This document shows positions 1 through 8,808 of a stretch of DNA of 35,285 nucleotides, piece after piece. The notes below the pieces were generated by a model. The model was not told the origin of the DNA, did no database searches, and saw only the letters and a list, made by a program, of their open reading frames with translations. Origin of the DNA: Candidatus Eiseniibacteriota bacterium (GTDB lineage: Bacteria; Eisenbacteria; RBG-16-71-46; DASYSL01); contig JANPEF010000113.1 of the NCBI GenBank assembly GCA_031431875.1, forward strand, positions 1 to 35,285. Reading direction: 5' to 3'. The stretch's first letter is position 1; each line of letters opens with the position of its first letter. The position numbers and the translations under genes were made by a program.

Positions 1-222
1 GTCGGTCGAGACGACGCGGAAGCCCTGCGCCTTCGCGTACAACGAGACCGATCCCCCGCCCAGGAAGGCGTCCAGGAACGTCAGGTTCGCCCACAGTCGC
101 CTCGGCAGGACGCGGTCGATCTCCCGGAAGATCAAGGGACAAAGGCGGCGTTTGCCGCCCAAATACGGCGGCAGTGCCGACCACAGGGCGAGCTTGCGAT
201 GCTTCGGCGTCGACTTGGCCAT
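1..222 (-). CDS. Dam/D12-class N6-adenine DNA methyltransferase, N-terminal part (runs off the window edge)
   Basis: Manual translation from ATG at 222: MAKSTPKHRKLALWSALPPYLGGKRRLCPLIFREIDRVLPRRLWANLTFLDAFLGGGSVSLYAKAQGFRVVSTD. It carries Y-x-GGK (motif X) and F-x-D-x-F-x-GGGSV (SAM-binding motif I). AAGGGAAGGG RBS upstream. Not in the ORF track. Confidence 0.85.
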   Translation of the reverse strand, partial: MAKSTPKHRKLALWSALPPYLGGKRRLCPLIFREIDRVLPRRLWANLTFLDAFLGGGSVSLYAKAQGFRVVSTD

Positions 223-309
223 GTTCGTCACCCTTCCCTTGATGTCGTTCGGGAGCAGCGCCCTTGTTGTCCTGCGTCGGGCACGGGGCCCGGCGAGAAG
301 GAGGACGCA

Positions 310-606
310 ATGGCACGACGGAAGGCACTGCCCCGGCTCTGCGACCTGCGCGAGCCGATGCATCCGTGGAAAGCCGACCACCTGTACGTCGGCGATGAAG
401 GGACGATCCTCTGCGGGTCCTGCATGGGCGTCGAGTCCACGTATCGACCGTGGTGCTGGTCGGACCTGGGGCCGATGGGACCGGATCGTTCGATCCCGCT
501 CGGTCCGTTCGAGGTCGAGCGCGGTCCGGGAAACTTCGTCACGCAGGGGACCATGGTCGCGCGCTGCGAGACCAACCAGTACGCAGCCCGGCCCGAACGC
601 GAGTAG
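310..606 (+). CDS. small hypothetical protein (98 aa, Cys-containing, CGSC)
   Basis: AAGGAGG RBS before ATG 310; within the 199..606 ORF; divergent from the methyltransferase; no family recognised. Confidence 0.6.
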   Translation: MARRKALPRLCDLREPMHPWKADHLYVGDEGTILCGSCMGVESTYRPWCWSDLGPMGPDRSIPLGPFEVERGPGNFVTQGTMVARCETNQYAARPERE

Positions 607-654
607 TCCACGCGCCCCGCAGCCCGGGGCGCACGTCCAGAACAGGAGAACGCC

Positions 655-945
655 ATGACCAAGACCAAGAAGCAGACCAACATCCCGACCCCGAAGCCGG
701 GGCGGAAGGGCGGCGTCGGTGGAACGACACCGACCGTCGAAAAATCGACGGTGGACGAGGAGATGGTCGTCTTCGCGTTCCGTCTCACGGCCGCCGAGCG
801 GGACCTGATCCACAAGGCGGCGGGTCCCGCCAAGGCCAGCAGGTACGTGCGCACGCTGGCGGTCGCAGCGGCGAATGGGGATGAGGAGCTGGTGCTGAAA
901 CTTCTCGGAGGACCGGCTCCCGCGAGCGACGCCACGGCGGGATAG
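655..945 (+). CDS. ribbon-helix-helix / MobC-CopG-like small DNA-binding protein
   Basis: AGGAG RBS; VVFAFRLTAAERDLIHKAAG..ASRYVRTLA fits a beta-strand-helix-helix pattern; basic N-terminal tail. Confidence 0.6.
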   Translation: MTKTKKQTNIPTPKPGRKGGVGGTTPTVEKSTVDEEMVVFAFRLTAAERDLIHKAAGPAKASRYVRTLAVAAANGDEELVLKLLGGPAPASDATAG

Positions 946-967
946 ATCACGCGGCCCCCACGCGAGT

Positions 968-1000
968 CGAGGCCCCCGCGCAGGACGCTCGGGGGCCTTG
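968..1000 (+). terminator. GC-rich hairpin, possible terminator after the RHH gene
   Basis: AGGCCCCCG (970-978) pairs perfectly with CGGGGGCCT (990-998); only a weak T-rich tail follows. Confidence 0.35.
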
Positions 1001-1300
1001 CTCGTTGTGGTGTGACTCACGGATCGGGTTGGGGGCCGACGCGGCGTCCTGGTGGGGATTGGGGGCACTCTCGACGTGATCTGGCGGGGTGGTGCGACGG
1101 CCACGCATCGGAAGTTGGATACGTTTCGTGAGCAGTCGCGTGATCACATCATGGATGATTCCAGAGTGGACCCCCGCTACCAACTTGAAGCACGATCGAA
1201 CGCGAAGGGCCGGCGCCAGCCGGCCCTTTTTTCGCGCATGCCCGAGATCGTCCCATTGCTCTTGGGGAACGTCGCCGTGAGGATGGCGACTCTGGCCCCG

Positions 1301-1720
1301 TCACCTTTCGGGGGGCAGGTCACCACCTTCCGGTGGTGTCTGGGCTGGGTTTGATGTTCCGGCCAGCTGAGCCGCAATAGTCCTCAGGAATTCCTGAACA
1401 CCCATCGGCTTGGCCATGTAGCCATCACACCCTGCGGCTCGAATGCGCTCCTCGTCGCCCTTCATCGCCTGGGCGGAGAGGGCGATCACCGGAATGGCGT
1501 GCGTCGCCTCGTCCCGCTTGAGCAGCCCGGTGGCTTCGAGGCCGTCCATACCGGGAAGCTGAATGTCCATCAGGATCAGGTCGGGCAGCTCATCGCGTGC
1601 CAACGTCAGCCCAGCCTCTGCATCAATGGCGCTGAGGACTGTATGGCCCGCCGAATGCAGCAGGAATACCGCCAACTCCATGTTGTCACGGTTATTCTCG
1701 ACGATCAGGATTTTTGCCAT
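1301..1720 (-). CDS. single-domain response regulator, DivK-like receiver
   Basis: MAKILIVENN...PDLILMDIQLPGMDGLEAT..LK.DEATHAIPVIALSAQAMKGDEERIRAAGCDGYMAKP; ATG at 1720 directly follows the kinase stop. Confidence 0.9.
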   Translation of the reverse strand: MAKILIVENNRDNMELAVFLLHSAGHTVLSAIDAEAGLTLARDELPDLILMDIQLPGMDGLEATGLLKRDEATHAIPVIALSAQAMKGDEERIRAAGCDGYMAKPMGVQEFLRTIAAQLAGTSNPAQTPPEGGDLPPER

Positions 1721-1721
1721 G

Positions 1722-4649
1722 TCAGTCGACCAACCGGCGTCCCGACATTGCCCGCCGGACTTCGGTCGTGAAGCGGCCAAGGCTGAAATCGGCCTTCTCC
1801 ATGATCGTCGTCACGTAGGCACTCAGCCTGGCGCGGTCCTCGGCGGTGATTTGCTTGGCGGTGACCACGATGATCGGAATTCGTGCCGTGTCGGGGTGTT
1901 GGCTGAGGGCGTCCACCACGTCGAAGCCATTCACGTCCGGCATCATCAGATCGAGCACGATCACGTCCGGCAGCTCCTGCCGCGCGACGGCAATCGCCTC
2001 GCGGCCGCCGTGCGCACGCAGCACGGTACTGGCCAGGCCGAGGATGCCGACGGCGATCAGCTCCACCGCCATGGGATCGTCGTCAACCACGAGGACCTTG
2101 AGAGTCTGCCCCCGCAAGAGAGGCAACAACCCGATCTCGACGAGCGCCTCGGACAACTCATGCCGAGACATGGGCTTCTGCATGATGGCCGCGGCGCCGA
2201 GCGCGAAGCCCCGGTTGCGATCCGCCACGATCGAAATGATCACGACCGGGACGTGCATGAGCGGCGGCACTTGCTTGATACAACCGAGGAATTCCCAGCC
2301 GTCCATCTCGGGCAGCACGATATCCAGGGTGATCAGCGACAACGGCTGCTGCGCCGCGCAAACCAGTGCAGCCTCGGCGGAGGCAGCGTGCAGCACCTTG
2401 AATCCCTCCGCTTCGAGTTGCAGGCGAATCAGGTCAGCAGCATTGAAGTCGTCTTCCACCACCAGGGCCGTGCGCGCTCCAGCCAACGCCTCGATACCGG
2501 GGGCGCCTGGCACTTTGGCCGAGGTGAGCGCCCCTTCCCCAGGCGCCCGGAGCGGTAGCCAGGCCGTGAAGCAGGACCCCTCGCCCGCGGCGCTCTGCAC
2601 CGCGACCGTGCCGCCGTGCAGTTCGGCGAGGAGTTTCACCATGGCCAGACCGAGTCCCGTCCCCTCGAACTTTCGCGCCAGGCCGCTGTCGATCTGGCTG
2701 AAAGGGCTGAACAGGCGCATGAGCCCCTCCGGCGAGATGCCAATGCCGCTGTCGGTGACGCTGAACTTGAGAAACTCCGCGAACTCATTGTCGGCCAGAG
2801 GGAAACTCCGGCCCGCCCACGTGCCGGACGGCTGGCCGACTTCAGCCCGCGGTACGCGGCCAGCGCGCAAGGTGACCTGGCCGCCCTCGGGAGTGAACTT
2901 GACCGCATTGGACAGCAGGTTGTACACGATCTGCTTGACCTTGCGCGCGTCCGCCTGGATCGTGCCCAGTTCCTCAATGGCGTCCATGCTCAATCGGATG
3001 CGCCGGGCCATTGCTTGCTCCCTGATGATGGACAGGCTGTTGACGAACAATGAGGACACCTGCACCGGCTCCAGCTCGAGCGTCATCTTGCCGGCTTCCA
3101 CCTTGGAGAGGTCGAGGATGTCGTTGATCAATGCGAGTAGATGCTGCCCGCTGCTGAAGATGTTGCCGATGAACCCTCGCTGCTGATCGGTCATCTGGCC
3201 CATCATGCCATCCCTGAGCACCTCGGAAAAGCCCATGATCGCATTGAGGGGCGTCCTCAGTTCGTGTGACATGTTGGCGAGGAATTCGGACTTCATGCGG
3301 CTCGCTTCTTCCAGCTCGGCATTTTTCTGCTGCAGCGCGTGCTCGAAGCGTTTCAGAACCGTCACGTCGCGCGCCGCTGCGAACACACCTTGCAGGCTCC
3401 CGTCGCGGTCGTGAAAGGTGGTCGCGTTGTAGGACACCACCGTGAGCGTGCCATTCCTGGCACGCGCGGTGAGCTCGTAGTTGGTGACTTTGCCTTCGTC
3501 CAGCACGCGGCGGATGCCCGCCTCAGCCCGGATCGCATCCGTGAAGAACTTCTTGAACGGCGCGCCGATCAGTTCGTCACGCGTGCACCCGGTCAGCGCC
3601 TCCATCTGCTTGTTGACGTCCGTGATGATGCCGCGGGGATCGGTTGTCATCAGTGCGTCGATGTTCGACTCGATGAGCGAGCGGGTGTAGAACTGCTGGT
3701 CGCGCAGCCGCTGATCGAGCTTCATCCGCTCCTCTTCGACTTGCTTGCGCGCGGTATTGTCAGTGCCAATCAACAGGTAGCCGATGATGACGCCCTGAGG
3801 GTCGCGCAATGCCGTGACGGATACCACCGCCGGGAAGCGGCTCCGATCCTTGCGGATGTAGGTCAGTTCGTAGATGTCTTCGATTCCGCGCGAGGCCTTG
3901 AACACCAGCGCCTCGAAGCCGGGAGTAATCGAGGTGCCGAGCTCGACGCTCAGCGCATTGGCGCGTGCGATGACTTCTTGGGGATCGGAAATATCGGCCG
4001 GCGTGATCTTGTTCATCACCTCGGCGGCCGTGTAGCCCAGCATCCGCTCGGCGCCGACGTTGAAGATCTGGATGACGCCCTTCGCATCGGTCGCGATGCT
4101 CGAGAAGTTCGCGCTGTTGAAAATCGCGCTTTGCAGAGCTCCCGCCTTGAGCAGTGCCTCTTCCGCCTGCTTGCGCGCGGTATTGTCGGTGCCAATCAGG
4201 AGGAAGCCGATGATTGCGCCCTGCGGGTCGCGCAATGCCGTGACGGATACCACCGCCGGGAAGCGGCTCCGATCCTCGCGGATATAGGTCAGTTCGTAGA
4301 TGTCTTCGATACCGCGGGAGGCCTTGAACACCAACGCCTCGAAGCCCGGCGCAATCGGAGTCGCGAACTCGAGGCTCAGCGCATTGGCGCGGGCGACTAC
4401 TTCCTGAGGATCGGAGATATCGGCCGGCGTGATCTTGTTCACTACGTCGGCGGCCGCGTAGCCCAGCATCCGCTCGGCGCCGACGTTGAAAATCTGGATG
4501 ACGCCCTTCGCGTCGGTGGCGATGCTCGAGAAGTTCGCGCTGTTGAAAATCGCGCTCTGTAGGGCACCGGTTTTCAGCAGAATGTCTGCGTGTCGGAGGT
4601 CTTTGCTCGCTATAACCGCTTCAGTACTGCTCTTGTCATCGGTAGGCAC
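1722..4649 (-). CDS. cytoplasmic hybrid histidine kinase (3 PAS, HisKA, HATPase, 2 REC)
   Basis: H-box FLANMSHELRTPLN; N-box NLLSNAVKFT; DSGIGI and GTGLGL G-boxes; two receiver domains (LDIVLP, LDLMMP); GTG start with GGAG RBS; no TM segment seen. Confidence 0.95.
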   Translation of the reverse strand: MPTDDKSSTEAVIASKDLRHADILLKTGALQSAIFNSANFSSIATDAKGVIQIFNVGAERMLGYAAADVVNKITPADISDPQEVVARANALSLEFATPIAPGFEALVFKASRGIEDIYELTYIREDRSRFPAVVSVTALRDPQGAIIGFLLIGTDNTARKQAEEALLKAGALQSAIFNSANFSSIATDAKGVIQIFNVGAERMLGYTAAEVMNKITPADISDPQEVIARANALSVELGTSITPGFEALVFKASRGIEDIYELTYIRKDRSRFPAVVSVTALRDPQGVIIGYLLIGTDNTARKQVEEERMKLDQRLRDQQFYTRSLIESNIDALMTTDPRGIITDVNKQMEALTGCTRDELIGAPFKKFFTDAIRAEAGIRRVLDEGKVTNYELTARARNGTLTVVSYNATTFHDRDGSLQGVFAAARDVTVLKRFEHALQQKNAELEEASRMKSEFLANMSHELRTPLNAIMGFSEVLRDGMMGQMTDQQRGFIGNIFSSGQHLLALINDILDLSKVEAGKMTLELEPVQVSSLFVNSLSIIREQAMARRIRLSMDAIEELGTIQADARKVKQIVYNLLSNAVKFTPEGGQVTLRAGRVPRAEVGQPSGTWAGRSFPLADNEFAEFLKFSVTDSGIGISPEGLMRLFSPFSQIDSGLARKFEGTGLGLAMVKLLAELHGGTVAVQSAAGEGSCFTAWLPLRAPGEGALTSAKVPGAPGIEALAGARTALVVEDDFNAADLIRLQLEAEGFKVLHAASAEAALVCAAQQPLSLITLDIVLPEMDGWEFLGCIKQVPPLMHVPVVIISIVADRNRGFALGAAAIMQKPMSRHELSEALVEIGLLPLLRGQTLKVLVVDDDPMAVELIAVGILGLASTVLRAHGGREAIAVARQELPDVIVLDLMMPDVNGFDVVDALSQHPDTARIPIIVVTAKQITAEDRARLSAYVTTIMEKADFSLGRFTTEVRRAMSGRRLVD
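3729..4580 (-). repeat. intragenic tandem duplication, 426-bp period, encoding two near-identical PAS/PAC units
   Basis: LLK(T/A)GALQSAIFNSANFSSIATDAKGVIQIFNVGAERMLGY...IGTDNTARKQ occurs twice; shadow ORFs at 4060 and 4486 start with identical peptides exactly 426 nt apart; boundaries approximate. Confidence 0.9.
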
Positions 4650-4924
4650 GTGTCTCCGGTTTCGCCTTGTGCCTATCCTGTCGACCTGGGGCGGCCGTCA
4701 GCAGCACCTCTATGGGAGGGGGTCGGGAATCAATTCACAAGGCTGCCCTCGAGTAGCGCCCAAGCCCCGTCATCTGCCCACAAGACTCGCCCTCCCGCCA
4801 CCCGCGCAACAAGCGGCGAAGAGGTCGGGCCGCGGCGCCCGACGGACAAGCATGTCCTTTGGTTGACCTCGAGCCTACCCCCTTCCCGAGCGCTGCCCAA
4901 GGGCTTTCTCCCCCCGCGCCGAAC

Positions 4925-4952
4925 TGAACCGCCCCGGGTTCTTCGGCGACTC
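4925..4952 (+). mobile_element. orphan IS3-family (IS51/IS6110-group)-like terminal inverted repeat; alternatively an ECF-sigma promoter
   Basis: TGAACCGCCCCGGGTTCTTCGGCGACTC resembles recalled IS6110/IS629 ends (TGAACCGCCCCGG...GGAGACTC); no transposase or partner IR seen. Confidence 0.35.
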
Positions 4953-6375
4953 AGTTACGAGAGTGCCACCGCTTCGGAGATTCGCCCTCGCCTGCGCCTT
5001 CGGGCTTCTGAAGTTCGTGCCCGCGATCGGGCTCCAGGTGGCGGCGTCGGGACGGCTGGGGCTCGGTCCTCGCCGGGCACTCGAGCGGAACGTCACCTCC
5101 CCGTGGTCGGGGGCGCTCGGCGGCGAGACCAAGGGCTTCGCGGGGGCGCTCCTCTGGCTGATCACCGGCCTCACCATCGCCTATGCAAACCTGGTTGCCA
5201 TTCCGGCGAGCGTGCGGGACTCCTTCGAAGCCGACGAGCGACACCGCACGAGCGTCGCCATCGACACGCTGACCTACGAACTCGCGGACCGGCTCCCGAT
5301 GAAGCCGATTCCCCACTTCGGGGACGGGTACGAAAGGCTTCGCCTCCTCCTCGTCCTTGACGTCGTGGAGCCTGGAGAGACGCGGAGCGCTTGAGCGCAC
5401 CGCTCCCGGCGATTGGGAGGGGTACGACCGGGCCCACATCCGCGGGGATGAGCCCTTGCCGCTCGAGACGATTCTTCCCCTCGTCGGCCTGCGCCTCGTG
5501 CGAGCGGAGGATGGCGTGGAGCGCATCGAGCGGGTCTCCGGGGCGACGACTGGATCGATGTCCCTGTCGTCGGTCGAATCACTCGGGGCACGGGGAGTCA
5601 TCCGGGGGACGCGGATCAGGATGGCGAGCGCGACCGGAGCGGCGTAGCTTCCACCGCGCTCGATCCACTCCCACAGCGGCGCGCCCGCGCTCACGAACAG
5701 GGCCTCGGTCGCAACCTTCCACAGTGCGACGAACAGCAGCAGCGGCACCGTGGCGCGCACGCCGACGGCCGCCGCCAGCGCGAGCTCGAACCAGCCGAGC
5801 ACGGGCAGCACGCTCGCGGCATTCGCCGGCAACACCGAGGCGAGGTTGTAGACGAACGCCGGCTTCCCTGCCAACGACAGCGCGCCGTGACCGACCAGCA
5901 GGAGCACGACCGAGGCCGTCAGCACGAGGCGAACGGATCGCGCCGTCGCCGGGGTGAGCGCGGGGAATCGCCCGGGGGCAAGGAACCCGCGCCACGTCGC
6001 GGCGGGCGCCATGCGCAGCCACAGCGCCAGCGGCACCCCGTAGTTTCCGGCGCGCTCCAGCGCCTCCCACACCGGTTCGCCGGCAAGCGGGCGCAGGAGC
6101 GCCGTCCACACCCCCCACCCGGCCATCCAGACCGCGATGGCGGGCCGCGGCGTGAACAGCACGAGACAGCCCATCAGGATGTCGACGCTGCCGATCACCG
6201 GCATCCATGCAAACGCGGCCGCGGGCGGGATGCCCACGACCGCGAAGTACGCCACCCACGCCGGCTTCGTCATCACGCCGAATGCGCCGTGCCCCACGAA
6301 GCACATCGCGGCGCCGACACGCAGCGTCCAGTCGAAGGTGTTCGCGGAGTCGAGCCGGCTCCGGGAGGGGCTCAT
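4951..6375 (-). CDS. DoxX-like polytopic membrane protein with two internal repeats (real core ~5600-6375; low-complexity read-through tail)
   Basis: Two homologous halves: CFVGHGAFG...KPAW...ERAGNYGVPLAL and LLVGHGALS...KPAF...ERGGSYAAPVAL. The last ~215 aa look like antisense noise. Confidence 0.7.
   Translation of the reverse strand: MSPSRSRLDSANTFDWTLRVGAAMCFVGHGAFGVMTKPAWVAYFAVVGIPPAAAFAWMPVIGSVDILMGCLVLFTPRPAIAVWMAGWGVWTALLRPLAGEPVWEALERAGNYGVPLALWLRMAPAATWRGFLAPGRFPALTPATARSVRLVLTASVVLLLVGHGALSLAGKPAFVYNLASVLPANAASVLPVLGWFELALAAAVGVRATVPLLLFVALWKVATEALFVSAGAPLWEWIERGGSYAAPVALAILIRVPRMTPRAPSDSTDDRDIDPVVAPETRSMRSTPSSARTRRRPTRGRIVSSGKGSSPRMWARSYPSQSPGAVRSSAPRLSRLHDVKDEEEAKPFVPVPEVGNRLHREPVREFVGQRVDGDARAVSLVGFEGVPHARRNGNQVCIGDGEAGDQPEERPREALGLAAERPRPRGGDVPLECPARTEPQPSRRRHLEPDRGHELQKPEGAGEGESPKRWHSRN
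4963..5647 (+). pseudogene. possible decayed M61 glycyl-aminopeptidase-like gene in two frames
   Basis: Frame 4963..5394 contains LLWLITGLTIAYANLV (cf. M61 LLWxxEGxTxYY). Frame 5357..5647 contains LERTAPGDWEGYDRAHIRGDEPLPLETILPLVGLRL (cf. M61 C-terminal VAPYDWxxF...PLPLxxxLxxxGLRL). No intact HExxH. Confidence 0.35.
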
Positions 6376-6394
6376 GCGCCGCGCGGAGTCCGGC

Positions 6395-6916
6395 TCACTT
6401 CCCCGACTTGCTCTTGCCCTGGCTCTTGCCCTTCGCCTCGAGCTCCTTCCGCTTCTCCTTCGCCCACTGCTCGACCTTCGCCTGCTGGTCGGGATGGAGC
6501 ACGCCCTTCGCCTCCTGCCAGGCGGCCTTGCGGTTCTCGCGCATCTGCTTGTACACCGGCTTCAGCTCCGGATGGCTCTTGCCCTCGGCGTGGCGTGCGG
6601 TGACGAAGTCCTCGCGCTGCTCGTCCGTCATGGCGCGCATCTGCTCGGGGCTCGGGCGCTCGCCGATCACGTTCTCCACCTGCTCGACCAGCGGGCGGTT
6701 CTTCTCGGCCAGGTCCTTGCGGATCTGCCTGAGGCGTGACTCCTGGTCGGGCGTGAGGCCCAGCTCGGCCTTGCGTTCCATCATCTGGTCGAGACCGGGA
6801 TTGAGGTCGCGGGTCTTCGCGGTCGTCGACTGCGGCGCACCCGCGTGTGCGGGGGCGGCGAGGACGAGGGCGAGGGCGAGGACGGCGGCGAGAGCGGAAC
6901 GATGCTTCGGGCTCAT
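6395..6916 (-). CDS. periplasmic Spy/CpxP/ZraP-family (LTxxQ) chaperone-like protein
   Basis: Signal peptide ending AHA; LGLTPDQ and VLHPDQ motifs; GGAGG RBS before ATG 6916. Confidence 0.8.
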   Translation of the reverse strand: MSPKHRSALAAVLALALVLAAPAHAGAPQSTTAKTRDLNPGLDQMMERKAELGLTPDQESRLRQIRKDLAEKNRPLVEQVENVIGERPSPEQMRAMTDEQREDFVTARHAEGKSHPELKPVYKQMRENRKAAWQEAKGVLHPDQQAKVEQWAKEKRKELEAKGKSQGKSKSGK

Positions 6917-6962
6917 GAGCGGACACCTCCCTGATGCGGTGGGTGGGACATGCGGTACCGTC

Positions 6963-6979
6963 GGCGACAAGCATGCCAC
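6963..6979 (-). promoter_or_regulatory. putative sigma54 (-24/-12) promoter of the Spy/CpxP gene
   Basis: GTGGCATG-CTTG-TCGCC with GG-N10-GC spacing, about 50 nt upstream of the ATG. Confidence 0.5.
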
Positions 6980-7095
6980 AGGCGTGAAGCCGGCGCACGC
7001 CCGCGCGCCTCGATCCCGGCTGTGCTAACCTCACGTCGTGATCGCGCCCGACCTGACTGCGCGGCGATCGCACCTCCCCCGCACGGTGCTTCCTC

Positions 7096-8805
7096 ATGCG
7101 TCGATTCGTCCCGTTCCTCCCGGCTCTCGGCTTCGCGCTCCTCGTCTCCGCGCACCCGGCATTCGCCGCGCCCCTTCCGCCGGCGGATCCCGCGCCGGAC
7201 CTCAAGGCCATCGTGCGCGCGGCCAGCCACCCGGACCTGCGGTGGCCGGCGATCACCGACGTGCGCTCCGAGATCGAGCGCCTCTACGCGCGCCATGAAT
7301 GGCGACCCCTGTGGCTCGACGGCGCGCGCCCGACCGGGGCCGCAAGACTGCTCGTCGCCCGGCTCGCCGCGGCGGACAGCCTGGGGCTCGACCCCGCCGA
7401 CTACGACGGGGCGTGGCTCGAACGCACGGTCGCGCAGTTCGCTCTCGCGGGCGGGACGGTTTCGGCGGAGCAGCGCGCCCGGTTCGACGTGGGGCTCTCG
7501 GTTGCGGCGGCGCGCTTCGTCTCGGCGCTCGCGTGCGGGCGCATCGACCCGGTCACGCTCGATCCGGAGTACGACATTCCGCGCACCTGCCCGGCGGTCG
7601 ACTCGACGGTCGCCGACCTGCGCGACGGCGCGCGCCAGGGCGCGGTGCTCCGCGCCGTGCAGCCGCAGTTCCATCACTACCAGTTGCTCAAGAACGGGCT
7701 TCTCCGTTACCGGGGGCTGGCCGCCGACACGACGCTCGTGCCGATGCCGCCGATGCCGCCCAATGTGCGCCCCGGGGGGACGCTGCATGCCGCGCGCGCG
7801 CTTCGCCACATCCTGCACGCCACCGGCGACCTGGCGAAGGGCAAGGATCCGAAGCCCGCGCGCGACACGGTGTACACGCCCCAGCTGGTCGAGGCCGTCA
7901 AGCGCTACCAGGGGCGGCAGGGTCTCCTTCCCGACGGCGTGTTGTGGCCCCCGACGCTCGAACAGCTCAGCCGACCGTTCAGCGAGCGCGTGCGCCAGAT
8001 CGAGCTGACGCTCGAACGGTGGCGCTGGCTACCGACCACCTATGCCGTCCCGCCGGTGATCGTGAACATCCCCGCGTTCCGGCTGTACGCGTTCAACGCG
8101 CTGCCCGACCGGCGTGAGAGCATGCTGGCGATGGACGTGCTCGTGGGTGCGGCCGTGTCGAATGAGACGACGGTCTTCAGTGCCCCGATGACGCACGTGA
8201 TCTTCCGCCCGTTCTGGGAAGTGCCCGCGGACCTGGCGCAGTACGAACTGGGCCCCCGCACGGAGTGGGACCGCGCGAACATGGAGCGGCTGGGCTACGT
8301 GCTCGTGCGTCGCGACGGATCCGACACGACGGCCCTCGCCCTGACTCCCGGAAACGTCGCGCGGCTGGGCAAGGACCTGCGCCTGCGCCAGCGGCCAGGC
8401 CCGCTCAACGCCCTGGGGCTGATCAAGTTCATGCTGCCGAATCGGCACGACATCTACCTGCACGACACGCCTGTTCCGGGACTGTTCGTCCTCCCGCGCC
8501 GGGACTTCAGTCACGGTTGCATCCGCGTGGAGGATCCGGTCGCACTGGCAGCCCACGTCCTGCGCGGGCAGCCCGGCTGGACTCCCGAGCGCATCCGGGC
8601 GGCGATGGAGTCGGGACAGGACAACGTGCGGGTGGACCTGCCGCAGAGCGTGCCGGTGTTCATCGTCTACGGGACCGCGGTCGCGGCCGAGAGCGGCGAG
8701 GTCTACTTCTACACGGACATCTACAAGCGGGACGCGGAACTCGATGCGTTGCTCAAGAAGGTCGCACCGTTCCCGCGCTCGGGCGCGATGGCCGCCCGGC
8801 GCTGA
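7096..8805 (+). CDS. L,D-transpeptidase, YcbB/LdtD type (scaffold + PG-binding + YkuD)
   Basis: Signal peptide; AVKRYQ..QGL.PDG PG-binding motif; VNIPAF; RQRPGPLNALGLIKFM.PN; catalytic YLHDTP...FSHGCIRV. Confidence 0.92.
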   Translation: MRRFVPFLPALGFALLVSAHPAFAAPLPPADPAPDLKAIVRAASHPDLRWPAITDVRSEIERLYARHEWRPLWLDGARPTGAARLLVARLAAADSLGLDPADYDGAWLERTVAQFALAGGTVSAEQRARFDVGLSVAAARFVSALACGRIDPVTLDPEYDIPRTCPAVDSTVADLRDGARQGAVLRAVQPQFHHYQLLKNGLLRYRGLAADTTLVPMPPMPPNVRPGGTLHAARALRHILHATGDLAKGKDPKPARDTVYTPQLVEAVKRYQGRQGLLPDGVLWPPTLEQLSRPFSERVRQIELTLERWRWLPTTYAVPPVIVNIPAFRLYAFNALPDRRESMLAMDVLVGAAVSNETTVFSAPMTHVIFRPFWEVPADLAQYELGPRTEWDRANMERLGYVLVRRDGSDTTALALTPGNVARLGKDLRLRQRPGPLNALGLIKFMLPNRHDIYLHDTPVPGLFVLPRRDFSHGCIRVEDPVALAAHVLRGQPGWTPERIRAAMESGQDNVRVDLPQSVPVFIVYGTAVAAESGEVYFYTDIYKRDAELDALLKKVAPFPRSGAMAARR

Positions 8806-8808
8806 CGA

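Noticed and set aside
1052..1354. 100-aa plus-strand ORF
   Set aside because: No RBS or recognisable motif, and it overlaps the receiver gene's 3' end; likely non-coding or a remnant
4650..4920. Possible tRNA/att site or riboswitch at the island boundary; palindrome GGACA-AGCA-TGTCC at ~4844
   Set aside because: No cloverleaf, T-loop or direct-repeat partner found; the palindrome's spacing differs from the GACA-N3-TGTC motif
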